Positions 30,342-43,170 of a stretch of 64,000 nucleotides of DNA are shown here, piece after piece (the first letter of the stretch is position 1; the number at the start of each line of letters is the position of its first letter). A model generated the notes under the pieces. The model did no database searches, was not told where the DNA came from, and saw only the letters and a program-made list of their open reading frames with translations. A program made the translations under genes and the position numbers. Source of the stretch: the human T2T-CHM13v2.0 reference genome, Homo sapiens; assembly GCF_009914755.1 (NCBI RefSeq), contig NC_060940.1; one strand, 5' to 3'.

Positions 30342-30619
30342 TTAGGTCCTTTCTTATGTTGTATCACTTGTAGTGTGACTTTTGCTTTGTATTTTTGGAT
30401 TTATGTCTCACCCTCTATTTGCCACTTGGCTCTGTGGTTTGTGTCCTTTGACACTGTCGTACCATCTCATTTTGTTTACGTGAATGTGATGATGGGGAGC
30501 TGGGAGAGTCTCCATGTTTATTGTTTGGTCTTTCAGCTTTTTTTTGCTTGTGTCTTTCCTCCAACTGGTGGGATGGAAGAAACTATAGGAACATTTAAAT
30601 GCATTCTTTCTTGGGGGTT

Positions 30620-30765
30620 TGATGGGGAGGGTCTCGCTGTGTTGCCCATGCTTGAATGCAGTGCCATGATCATACAGCTCACTGCAGCCTCCAACTCCCG
30701 GGCTCAGGCGATCCTCACAACCTTAGCTTCCCAATGTGCTGAGATTATAGGCATGAGTCACAGTC
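30620..30765 (-). mobile_element. Alu monomer (FLAM/FAM-like)
   Basis: gggtctcgctgtgttgccca...cagctcactgcagcc...gattataggcatgag. Confidence 0.7.
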
Positions 30766-32758
30766 TTAAATGCATTTCTGATAGGCTAGTTGGAATGTGA
30801 AATTTGGGTTCAGCTATTAAAAACTAAGACCTTTCTTTACAGTAAGAGTTTAATGACAGGAAAAACAGAAGAGAGTACTTGAAAAACAGTGGCCTTGATC
30901 AATAGGTTCAGCCACTGCAAACATCTAATGATTTCTGAAAACATCTCGAAAAGCTGATTATAAATGTTCCTACAAAGTCAAGGATGCAATCAGAGGATGA
31001 GCTTTGCCAAAGGAAAGCTCCTTTAAGAGAAAAAATAATAGGATGTGCACACACACACACACACACATGAGTATGACAAAAGGCAAACTGCAATGAGAAA
31101 TTCATTTATACTTTTAGGTTCCTATACACACACACAAAAAAAAAAAGCAAAGAAAAACTCCACTATAAATAACCCTGCCACATTCTAAATAAAGCTTTTG
31201 AGTGGCTAGGGAGTCTGACTTGCTTCTAAGAGTTACAGGATTTGGTCATTTTTAATAGCATGTTTGCTCTTTCATCAAATTACTGTTCCTCAGAGTATTT
31301 GCTAAAGGCATAAAGGGGTTATTCTTAGTGGCCAAGGTGCACCAGTAGCAGAGGACATGACCAGAACTGCTCAGGAGAAAGTCACCAAGTTGGGGGCTGG
31401 AATGGAAGAAATGCAACAGAGAAGTACATATCTATTTGGAAAAAGACTTATAAAGTTACAAGGGGCGTCAGGGAAGTCACTGCACAGAGCTAAGTAAATT
31501 ACAGATCCCACCTCTGGAGCCTCTGTAATATTGTCCACCAGCTCAGTTTCCAAGAGTACAGGGAATTGTTACTAAATTATTCAGCATTAACACAATTAGT
31601 TCAAGCAACTGAAGGGTACAAGCGTTTTGTCTTCTTTTAATTCCTGTCTATGTGTACAGGTTTTTATTTTTCATTCCACTCTTCTTTTTGGTGTTCTGGG
31701 ATTCTCACTTTAAGAAGAACCTAGAAAATTGCTCAGTTTTGGCTAAAGATTCCAGTGAGCTCTCTAACTTTATGCTACAGCTCTGGCGTGGTTAAAAGCT
31801 CTGCCCAGCTCAGGCAAAACCAGAATCATTACACTCTGGTCACCAAGCCAGTGAGAATTTACTTCCATCCAAAAGTCTTAATTCTCTTATCTGCAAAATG
31901 GAAAATAATAACATGTAAATATATTTAAAGCATGTAGCAAGATGTCTGCAATTTTCAATAAAACCATTTTTCTCTTCTTGTTACTCCTTCTCCATCATTT
32001 TTTCTTATTCATCAGCATGATCACTTTTAATATATTTTTAAAATGAGAAAGCAAAACATCAAGATACTAGGCTAACCCCCGTATTAGGAGAATAACCCCC
32101 AAATTGTGGTGTACTTGGTAGCAGCCCTGCCCGGGCCCAGGCTATACCAATGTCCTCTCCTCTGATTCCCATAAAATAAATAAAACAGAGCCAGCACAGG
32201 CATAATCTTCAAGGACATTTTTCTTTTCAAAAGGGATTTATGTACACCTCTGTTCCTGACTAGCAAAGCATATAGAGGTGCAAAAAATATGTGTGGTGGC
32301 TTTGTAATTAGAGAAACATCTCTCATTGTCTGCTCAAATCTTACTAAACCTTTTACATTCTCATTATGAGACCATACCTTTGTTTCCTTCCATAATCTCA
32401 CTGTTCTCATCTGCAAATTGGGGTCACAGCCTAGCACACTGTGCACCTACCACATAAGGTTCAAATGAGATCGTGTGTTGCCATGGTGACAGGAACAAAA
32501 TCTGTGATCACCACGCACAGGTTTGACTCTGGGCTTCATCACGTAATCACTATTTGTCTCCCCTGCACCTTCTAGTGGAAATGACTATTCCCTTCAGTGA
32601 CTTTCTCCCGATCTGGTAATGTGTATAATGGTACCTTTATCAGGGGATTGATGTGAAGATTGAATAGGCAAACTTTAATAAATTGTCAGCCATATAGTAA
32701 ACACTCAATAGATACTATCATTTTATTCAGGTTACTTAAAATCTCTTTTTCTCTTGGG

Positions 32759-33060
<302 letters not shown>

Positions 33061-36000
33061 ACCCTCTTTTTCTCCCCCATTTTCATGTCCCTGGATAATG
33101 TCATCAGTTTCCTAGTCTCAACCACATATTCACAGAAAAAAAAAAAAATAAATGTATGCAACCCAGCTGGGTTATTCTTAGGATTAGGGAGAAATAAAAA
33201 TATGCATGTAGTATTTTATTCCCTGCTGTTTCTCAATATTCCTCAGCCCTTCTGATCAGGCTCATTTGTATTTTGCTACTGCCTTCCATGGAAGCCCAGT
33301 GACATTTGATACTCTGTAGATTTCAGAACACACCTGCTGCATTGTGGTAAATGCATATAGAGAAAAGGAAGTAGTCCATGGAACTGAGCAGACAACAGTT
33401 AATAGTTCTCACTGAGGAACTGAGCTGGTGGTAGGAGCACGGGTGCACACGCAGGCAGTTGCTTTTCACCATCACCTGCAATGTGGAAGGAGTCCCATCA
33501 GCCCACCATGTTCATCACCTACCACATGGGGTTCAAATAAAATCAACAGCTGTTTCCTTCCAAAACCTCACTAGGGCTTTTCCAAACACTAGCCTCCTTG
33601 ACCCTTTTTTAAAATTGGGTGGTATTCAAAAGTGACTCTGGCTGGGTACAGAGAGCAAAAAAGCATGATTTGACCCACACAGGGGTTGATTGATGATTGG
33701 CTGATTTCCCAAAAACTAAATGTGTATTTCATTTTAAAGCCTTTAATGTGCATAAGAATGACCTGGGGGTAGTGTTAAAACACAGATTCTGATTCAATAA
33801 GTCCAGGTGTACAGGTGTTGAATGAAATTCTGTATTTCTAACTAGCTCCCATGTGTTGCTGCTGGTGGTCTGCAGACCTCACTTTGAGTAATAAAAATGT
33901 AGTGTATTATATTTCTCCTCTAGGATATAACATCTAAAGGGATTCCTAAACATATTAAAATCTGAGGTTAGAGAGCCAGTGCTGATGAGAAAACACGCTC
34001 ATATCTTAACTGAGTATTCCGATTTTTGTGCACAAGGCTGCCTATTGAAATATTGTGTAATGAAATATTCAAAGACTTAGGGACAGAAATGTGGATGACC
34101 AAATTAGGCCAAGGTGTGTATGTGCATGCAGGTGGGTGAACTTAAGTTAATTATAATGGAAATGATATGTACAGATGGAAAATGCTGAACTATTTTTAAA
34201 ATACCACTGTCTAGCAAACATTCTTAGCCAGGCCAAAAGAAATTCTGTAAACACTGTAACACTTTTATGTTTCTTAAATAACATCGTTCCATAAATAACT
34301 TTTCTAGGTCATTCCTATCTGTTGAAAAAATTACAGGCAACCTGTAGGCTGATTATATTACTTGAAGACTCATAAGATAGTTTCCCATTTAAAAAATCAA
34401 ATATAAAACCTTCACATCTGGTTAATATCTGGTCTATTCCATAGTTATGGAACTTGTTTAAAGTGCATTTAGCAATGCAGAAAGATTGTAGCTGTTCTTT
34501 CTCTCTTCACGGTTTCATAAAAATGATTAAATAAGCCTAGTGCTTTATTAATTGATGAGATTGGCCATACAAGTGTTTAGCAGAGGTGTAGTTTTTAAAA
34601 CGAGATTCTATTTACCAAATTTGTTTTACATTAAGTAATGGTCCCCAAGAATTTGCTATGAATGGATGGCATTGATGTTAAGATAATTGAAAAATATATT
34701 ATTTTTTCTCATTTTATTAAGTTTTACATTTTAATAAAAGCATATTAAGAAAATAAAATGCAGAAAATTATTTTTTAAAACTCATAATCCAACCACATAT
34801 ATTGGCGGAAAAAAGATTGAATATATTGATATATTTCCTTACAGGTTCTCCTGTATTGCTTTGCGGTATAGTTACTAATCTGAATCAATGTCAGAAATTA
34901 ACTCCTCAATTTTTTTTAAGGTGGGTTACCTGGATATCACATACTCATTAGATATAATCATGCATTTGGGATTTTTTTATGATTCTGTGTTGTTTTCAAC
35001 TGGGGAAATCTCCACATCAAAACAGTGAATAGTGGTTATAGACGTGATTTGCATTCTCTTTAAATTAACTACTTAAATCAAGAGCATTGGCAATGTGTAT
35101 GCATTTGTGGGGGTGAAGGTAATTGAAAAAATAGCGGTAGAATGACTGAAAGTATTGAATATGGGTGTATGGGTGAGCAGGATAATGGGCACTAATGGCT
35201 CATTATTTTTGTAAATTTGAATACATACATCTATATTCATGGTTTGAAGATAGATACAAAAATGTTTAAATGTATTTTTTCATGTTCACACACATATTTT
35301 AACAGATATATGCCAGGCACTCTGACTGTATCACACATATATTTTAATAATTATTTTCTATACACATTTTATATCTTGCCTTTGATATTTATTAAGTTGC
35401 AACCACACTCTTATGTTATAAATCTTAATTTTTTAATGACTTTATGCTATTCTGTCACGTGAATATGCAATGAGTCACTTTCCAGTCATGTAGCATTTAT
35501 ATTTGCCCAATGCTTCCCTGTGAATTTCAGCTTCATACTTGTAATAGGAATCAATACTCTGAACTTGTTTTTTTATACTGACTATCTTGTTGCAATCTAT
35601 TTAAAAAACAGAATTATATAATCTGGTTGTGTCATCCGTAAACATATGACTGCTATTATTTTGCTTCAAGTGGGAAAAATATCTGCCTTCATGAGATGAC
35701 TCTCAAATAGCTGACAAAATATGCAAGATTCTTCTTATAAGAAAGCTGAGAATTTACTTCTCAGAGCATCTACAAACATAAGCATCGATTATCCACTCTC
35801 TCTCACCTCATCCCTTGGTAAGGAATGAGATGAGCAGGGTGAGAGTCTGGAGCTACAGGAAAAAACAAAAAGGATTAAGAGACGATTTGGGAGTTTGCTC
35901 ATGAACAAACTAAGCTAAGAAATCCTCCATGTGCATGTGTGTGCATGTGTAGGTGAGCATGTCATGTGTAGGTGAGCATGTGTGTGTTTAGGGTTTCTGC

Positions 36001-36803
36001 TAATTTCTGCTAATTTAAATGACTAATATTATTCTCTTTATTTATATTATTTATATTAGCAGCCAAAGATTTCCAACAGCTCTGGGATACCCCTATTTCT
36101 AAGTCGGAACATTGGACAAGAGGGAGCCAACTCTTGTTGTCTGGCCAGGTTGAGACATGCGTGCTGACTTGCATTCCTGCCAAATTATTGGTGCACAAGG
36201 CTCTGTCTGAGTAGGTAGAAGCTTCATGGAACTGACAGTGAATTGTTCCCACAAGGCCAAAGATACAATTAAGCTGTGACTGCGTAGTCCAACGCTCTTA
36301 ACATGCAAACAGCCAGCAAAAAATAATGGCATGTCAAGTGCAATTTTCTCACCCGTCGCAGACACCGTAAACTGTAATATAGTGTAATTATTTGGCATCC
36401 CGTGTCCTTCATACTAAGCACCACCCAAATGATTTCCAAGTTACAGTAAAGAGGGAAGGTTAGAAGGTCAAATTTAAAGAGAGAAAATGAGTCAGTGCCT
36501 TGGAGGAAGAGAATTATAAATAGATGTGGCATTACCAGCAAGAGAGTTACATCCAAATAAGGAACAGCTCAGAAGCCCAGGTAGGAGGAATAAAGGGAGG
36601 AAAGAGAGCAGAGAAGTTTATGTAAGAGAGAGGATTTAGTATAGAAGAACTATGACCACCTGCAGAGCAGACTGGTTTTTTTTTTCCCAAAATAAGCAAT
36701 ATAAGGAATTGAGGATCACAGGACTTACAGAACAAGGACTAAAGCAACCTGAGCCAAAAATCGATGTTACATATACCCCCCCACCACAAACACACACACA
36801 CAC

Positions 36804-37152
36804 ACAGAGGCTGAGCATCTCTAATCCGAAAATCTGAAATCTAAAAAGCTCCAACATCTGAAAGTTTTTGAGCACTGACATGACACTAGAAGTAGAAAAT
36901 TCCACACCTGACTTCATGTGATGGGTCACAGTCAAAGCTTTGTTACATAAAAATGTTATTTTAAAAATTATAGAAAATTTCCCTCAGGCTATGTGTGTAA
37001 GGTAAATATGAAACATAAATGAATTTCATGTTTAGACTTGGCTCCATTCTCCAAGATATCTCAATATGTGTGCAAATATTCCAAAATCTGAAAATATCTC
37101 AAATCTGAAATACTTCTAGTCCCAAGCATTTTAGAAAAAGGATATTCAATGA
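36804..37152. mobile_element. Tigger4/MER46-family MITE (TcMar-Tigger)
   Basis: ctgagcatctctaatccgaaaatctgaaat...cccaagcattttagaaaaaggatattcaa with terminal inverted similarity. Confidence 0.78.
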
Positions 37153-37403
37153 ACATGTGGGGCATGTGTGTGTGTGTTTGTGTGTGTGTGTATTCCAGTT
37201 CCATAGGGGTTTGTATCTTAAATATATAATATCTTAATCCCATACACTCAGAAGTGAGGAAATTGCACCTAACAGAAATGACTTTATTTCCCAGTTACTT
37301 TGTAGTAGAATTAAAAGAGAAAGAAGCCAGATCTCCAAGAGATCCTTGCTTATCTTTCTAACTTGACACAAGAGACTTTAAGCCTAGTTCTCTGTGTTTC
37401 AGC

Positions 37404-37760
37404 GCAATGGACTGAATGTTTACGACCTTCGTATGTTGAAGTTCTAATCTTCAATTTGATGGTATTAAGAGATGGGTCTATTGAAAGGTAATTTGGTCAT
37501 GAGGGTGGAACCCTCATGAAGGTAACTAGAGCCCTTCTGAAAGAAGCCCCAGAAAGCTTCCTTGCCCTCTTTCTACCAATGTGAGAATACAAGAAGATTG
37601 CAGTCTACAAACTGGAAAAGGGCTCTCACCAGAACCAACCATGCTGGCACCCTGATCTTAAAGATTACCAACCTCCAGAATTGAGGGAAATAAATTTCTA
37701 TTGTTTATTAGCAACCCAGTCTATCTTAACTTATTATACAGCAGAACTGACTAAGACACA
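37404..37760 (+). mobile_element. MLT1A-type MaLR solo LTR
   Basis: atggactgaatgttt...catgagggtggaaccctcatgaa...gctggcaccctgatctt...gactaagaca. Confidence 0.8.
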
Positions 37761-37789
37761 CTCAGTTACCCTGACCCTCTCTCAGCTCT

Positions 37790-38170
37790 GCATATAGCCT
37801 TGAACATGCTATTTCCTCTATCAAAAATGCTCTTTTTCTCTTTATCCCTGAACCCTGGTTCAACAACAGGTTAATGCATATCAGCTTCCAGGTTACTTCC
37901 TTTGGGAAGATTCCATCCTTCCATAGAATAGGGCAGCTTCCTCTGTATATGCTTCAAGAGAACCACATTCCTTCATGTCAGAGTACTTATTTCAGTTTTC
38001 TTGTGATGTTTCTTCATGTGATTATCCGTTTTAATGTCTGTCTCCCTCTAGGAGCTCATTAGTTCCATGCAGAAGGCATAGATAGATCTGTGTTTGCTCA
38101 GAGCTGAGAATCCATTGGCAATGAAATGCTCTGCAGATAGTAGATGCTCAATAAATATTCGTGGCATGGT
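37790..38170 (+). mobile_element. L2 3' fragment
   Basis: tttaatgtctgtctccctcta...atagtagatgctcaataaatatt. Confidence 0.6.
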
Positions 38171-38874
38171 TGTATCAATCACCGTCCTGACTTGCAGCCA
38201 AGGGTTCTCATAATGACATCAAGCTGTCTACCATAAAGAGTATCTGCACATTTTACCACAGAATAGTATTTTTGTGTTGTGGCCAGATTCATCAAAAACC
38301 ACCACAGGTTTTCTCTTTCCTAAGACCAGAACAAATAAGCATAATTGGGCTAAGTGTCCCATGAGCCACTTTTTTCTCTATCACAATTTCCAAAGAAAGT
38401 CAACACTGAGGTACATGGAGATGTGAATGCTCAATGTTTATGTGTTTATGAACAGGCTCTGCCTTGCCTTGGTCCACAGAGGACTGGAGGCAGGAATAGA
38501 GTCTATTTGACTGGTATTTGCTTTTCAGAAAACCAGACAAAAGCTTTCTGCTCCAGTTTGTACCATAAGCCCAAACACAAAAGTCTGAAGATAGTTGGAA
38601 GACAACGTCTTGCTTTATGACAGTGGTAAGAAAGACAGTCTCCACAGAGGTAATTCTGCAGCTTTTTGAAAGAGAGTTGCTTAAACAAGTTAACATTTTC
38701 TTCATGCCCACTACCTCAAAGAAAGACTTTCAAAATCAATACATAAAAAAAATTGTTAACTACCCAGGTGGTCTATAAAATACTCATATGAAAGAGAGAA
38801 CATGAAAGTTCCTTTATTGAAAAATGCCACTGAGCTTATATGACTATTATACATTCTTCCATTATGTAGGTAAA

Positions 38875-39168
38875 TTATTCATTTATTTTTTCATGTAAAG
38901 TATTTACTGAGCAGTTCCTATATGCAGGCAGGGTTCTAGGTTCTGGGAATACAGAGCAAAGACCAAAGGACTCAAAAATCCTTTTCTTTGCGGAACTTGC
39001 ACCCTAGAAGAGACAAATAATAAACATAATAAGGTATAGAGTATGTTAGATAATGATTATCAGGAAGAAAAACAGTCAAGCATAGACAAAGGGTATGAAA
39101 TATTAAAGGAGGAACAATTACATTTTAGAAGAACTGATAGGGAAAAACTCTCTAAGTATATGACTTTC
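38875..39168 (-). mobile_element. L2 fragment
   Basis: tatttactgagcagttcctatatgcaggcagggttctaggttctgggaataca. Confidence 0.6.
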
Positions 39169-39169
39169 A

Positions 39170-39455
39170 GGCCGGGCACAGTGGTTCACACCTGTAATCC
39201 CAGCATTTTGAGAAGCCAAGGCCAGAGGACTGCTTAAGCTCAGGAGTTTAAGATCAGTCTGGGAAACACAGGATACCCCATCTCTACAAAAGATTTAAAC
39301 AAAAATAGCCAAGCATGGTGGTGCATGATTGTAGTCCCAGCTATTAAGAAGGGACTATTCACTTGTGCCTGGGAGATCGAGGCTTCAGTGAGCTGTGAGT
39401 GCATCACTGGACTCCAGCTTGAGTGACAGAGCAAGACCTTATCTTAAAAAGAAAC
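39170..39455 (+). mobile_element. AluJ
   Basis: ggccgggcacagtggttcacacctgtaatccc...gagcaagaccttatctt. Confidence 0.88.
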
Positions 39456-41224
39456 CAATATATTTGACCACTAACTTCATTCCATTTCAACAGAAAATAT
39501 AAAGGCTTTTGTTGCTTCTGACCGAGGGAAGCATCTTACTCTCAGTCATCTTACTCTCTCCCCAGTGACTTTGCATAAACTCCTCTATCTTGCTGGGGCA
39601 CTTCACTTCCCACCCCACACCCCCGGGCCAGTGACTCTTCAAGACACACAGAAACATCACCTCCACACTATACAACATGTACCTGTGAAGGGGCTCCCAG
39701 AGTCTTGTTATTCACCTAGTGAGGTAATTGTTAATTTGTCTGCCACTCCAACTACAAACACATACACACACACATACAATTAAGAATACAATTACAACTA
39801 CAATTACTATATAGCAGGCACTATGCTTCTATTATTTTCTTTACTCTTACAAATTCTTATTTATCTTATTTGCATAATCCTTGAAAAACTTCAGTAACCT
39901 TCTCAGGGTTAACACCCAGAAAGTGGCCAAGCTCATATTCAGACCTCGAGAGAGTACATCTCTGATGCTAAGGAGCTTTCTCAGCATCCAGCTGCCTACC
40001 AATATACTAAAAACAGATGATGGATGCTGTAAGGTTATATGTGAAGCTCTGAAGAACCTATCGCTCAAAAACTAGCTCTGCCCTTGAGCTTGAACTCAGC
40101 CTGCTAGGTCAGAGGCGCCGCCATGGTGACTCGCAGGAGGGCCTTTCAAAGAGCAGGTGTGCTCATAAGTAAGTAATGCTTCTCAGCCGGTTCCTGGGGA
40201 GAAGCTGGGAGGTGAAGTGGTTTAAAGAGTCGGATGTGGAAGAGTGTGCACAGAGGTAAAACACTAAAGCACCGGTGGGCACCCCGATTCAGATCATCTT
40301 CGCACTCAGCCTGACTCATAATCTGAAGCAGTCACCTGAAATGTATTTTTGGCTACGCTACAACCCAAGATCCTCCAAGGCTACACTGTCATAATTCAGG
40401 AGCATTTTTCTTTAAAGGGAAATAGGTATGATGGGAAATGTTCGCAGAGAAGTTTTCCAGAAAATAAACTCTGACTTAACAATTGTTTGGGAATTGGTCA
40501 TGGTAGGAAACCGTGAAAAGGCTAGATAAAAACCATCACTAAGACTCAAAAGCATTTGGGCTATTTCAAAATCCTAAGGTTCACTGGCAACATTTCTGTC
40601 ATTCAGAGAAGCATGAACGTCTCACGTGTCAATAAGTCACAAGAAGATGCTGAATGCCTGGCTGTTTACCTCTATCTCTATTACTTCATGTAAGGAATGG
40701 AGATGAAATCAGTTATCGGATTCTGAGTCCAAAGCAACCCCACGTTAATTACTTTTTCTACCCAGATAAAAATGAATTGTTCTCCCAGGCATAGCATGTT
40801 TTGTTATTTACATTATGCAAGACACAGTCAGAGTGATATACCTTCATAAAAAGATAACTAAGAAAAGCAAGGAACAAAGCATCCACTATGTAAATATGCA
40901 TGTATTCCCAGAATTTCATATGGTATGAGAACGCCTTGCCTTAGGGCTGATTAAAGAAGTTCTGAATATCCAGAAGTAGGCATGTAAAGACCTTACATTC
41001 TATACTCAATAACTCATAAGTGTAAATTACAGTTTAAACTCCAGTTAGCTGGTTCCTAATATGTAATAAGGTATAGTGGGTGAAATAATGGCCACTGGCA
41101 TTTCCAACAGGATTCAAACTCAGGCAGATAATTTACCAGCTCTGTGATCTTGGTTTGGTTTATTAATCCATCTAAACCTCACTTTTGTACCTACAAAAAA
41201 GATAAGATAATGCTGGTAAAGAAG

Positions 41225-41510
41225 CTCATATCCAAAACCCATGGGGCCAGATGTATCTTGGAATTCAAAACTTTTCATACTTCAGAAACATTAAGGTATA
41301 TAAACTATATGGTAAGTAACACCCTCAGCAGGGTCTGGGGCAGCACCCTGTAATCAACCACATTAACATTTTTTGCAGCAAAATATATGAACAGTCACAA
41401 TTACGCACTATGACTATAATAGCCTCAAGTCGGTTCTGCTCCCTGAGTTTGTATCAAGGATACAAAAAAATCTTTCAGATTTTACACTTTGAACTTAGGA
41501 CAGAGGGAGT
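41225..41510. mobile_element. MER46C-like TcMar-Tigger relic
   Basis: atccaaaacccatggggccagatgt...cagggtctggggcagcaccctgtaatcaa. Confidence 0.7.
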
Positions 41511-42250
41511 GCAGACTTGTTTCATACATATATATTTGTATCCATACATGCAAATGAACATATATATGCATATACTGAAGGGGGGCTATTGTTTGAATCA
41601 GAAAGGTTGGTGCCCACAAAATGCTTTTATAATAGTGTTCAACAGACAATAAACACTCAGTATTGGCCAAAACATAAGTTCCTTAAAGGCAGAGATCACT
41701 GTTTTGTTCATTGATACGCCTCCTGTGTCTAATAGAGCATCTGGCACATAGGAAAGGCTCAATAAATATCCATGTAATGATTCATGATATCTCCTTATGC
41801 AGGCTTTCTTCATCCAAGTAGAACCATATGAAATGAGAAACATAGTCCTTGGGGAGGCTCAATTTGTTTTGCAAGACAATAGGGTAAAAGCAGTAATGCA
41901 ATCAGAAGTTCCCAGTGAAACACAAAGAGTTAACTCAAGTCTTGAAGATCAGCATTTAATTCCCCTCCTATTTTTCTTTTAAATCATTGCATTTGGGAAG
42001 TGAATAACATTGGCCTGATTCACTTCTAAAGCTTATCAAGAAAATCAGTCATTGGCAGGCTCATAATTGGAATTATACCTACATGAAGATGTGCATCAAA
42101 ATTAAAAGGAGCTTATGAACAGTTCTGAGGAATAAACACGTGTAGTCTCCAATAACCCAGTGTGATTTTGGAAAGCAGGCAGCCCATGTCTACACAAAGA
42201 ACATTTGTCTAACCTGCCAACAACAGCAAAACAAATGTAAGTCCAGTCTA

Positions 42251-42261
42251 ACACACACACG

Positions 42262-42292
<31 letters not shown>
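42251..42292. repeat. (CA)n(CG)n(CA)n compound microsatellite
   Basis: acacacacac gcgcgcgcgc acacac... Confidence 0.95.
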
Positions 42293-42293
<1 letters not shown>

Positions 42294-42918
42294 CCACTAA
42301 ACTAAAATTTTGATTCTGTACATTTGATTTCACCTGACAATGAATGAACTAGTTTCCTATTGCAAAGTTTTTCAAATAGTACAATGCACAGTTAAGCATC
42401 TACTTTAAGAACTTCCTTTTCTCCATCCTAGGTCAATTATTGAAAAAGCAGATGATAAAACAAAAAAGATAAATATCCACCTGCAATTAGATATATCTGC
42501 ATAGCCTTAAAATAAAATAAAACAAAACAAACTCTCAGTAATTGAAGTGGTAGGAATTCAAACTGAGAAAATGTGCGTATCTCTTCCAAGTACTATAAAC
42601 TAGAGAAAAGGTTTGGCATGAGATCTCTCTCGTGTGAGTGAGAAAGAAAACATTATTTGTTTTTGCATTATATAAGCAGTGTTGTATTTTACTGATAGCC
42701 GGGTGGAAGAGGTGGTAGGAGAAGCTTTCCCTACAAGACCATTTAAAACTGTTACCTTGGGATTAATCGTATTCCTAACAGAACGACAGGTAAACTCACT
42801 AAACATCTGGCTTGAACAATTTACAGCTAAGTGTGGTCACAATTAAAAAGAGTCTGGTATTAAACATCTTAAGACCACTAACAGACCCTGAAATTGAGAT
42901 CTTAAAAACAAAGCTTAC

Positions 42919-43170
42919 CCGGCCAACAAGAATCGGTTCAGGTCCAGAAAACTCTTCCAGGACAAACATTTGATTCCAAACCCAGCCTCTTTTGGAGCGG
43001 TTCAAAATTCGCTGTTCTTCACCCAGACTGTTTAGTTCCAAAGGGGATCCACTCATTAAAACTTGAGACTGATTCATCGGAGCCATGTAAATGCAAGGGG
43101 GAAGAGTAATCCATAATATTATTAATGGAGTCCAGAGATCCAAGAGCATTTCCGCTAGCCGTTCTGGCAT
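42919..43170 (-). CDS. CDH8: Cadherin-8 first coding exon: codons 1-84 (signal peptide, propeptide, RSKR cleavage site, start of EC1)
   Basis: Translation MPERLAEMLLDLWTPLIILWITLPPCIYMAP...RILNRSKR|GWVWNQMFVLEEFSGPEPILVGR. RxKR followed by GWVWNQ is the type II cadherin mature N-terminus, and I recognise the sequence as human CDH8. ATG context GGGACCATG (A at 43170). Phase-0 donor CGG|GTAAGC at 42919/42918. Confidence 0.97.

Noticed and set aside
40117-40176. Perfect Kozak GCCGCCATGG on the + strand
   Set aside because: Opens only 17 codons (MVTRRRAFQRAGVLISK*) with no supporting transcript structure; better explained as an RFX/YY1-like motif.
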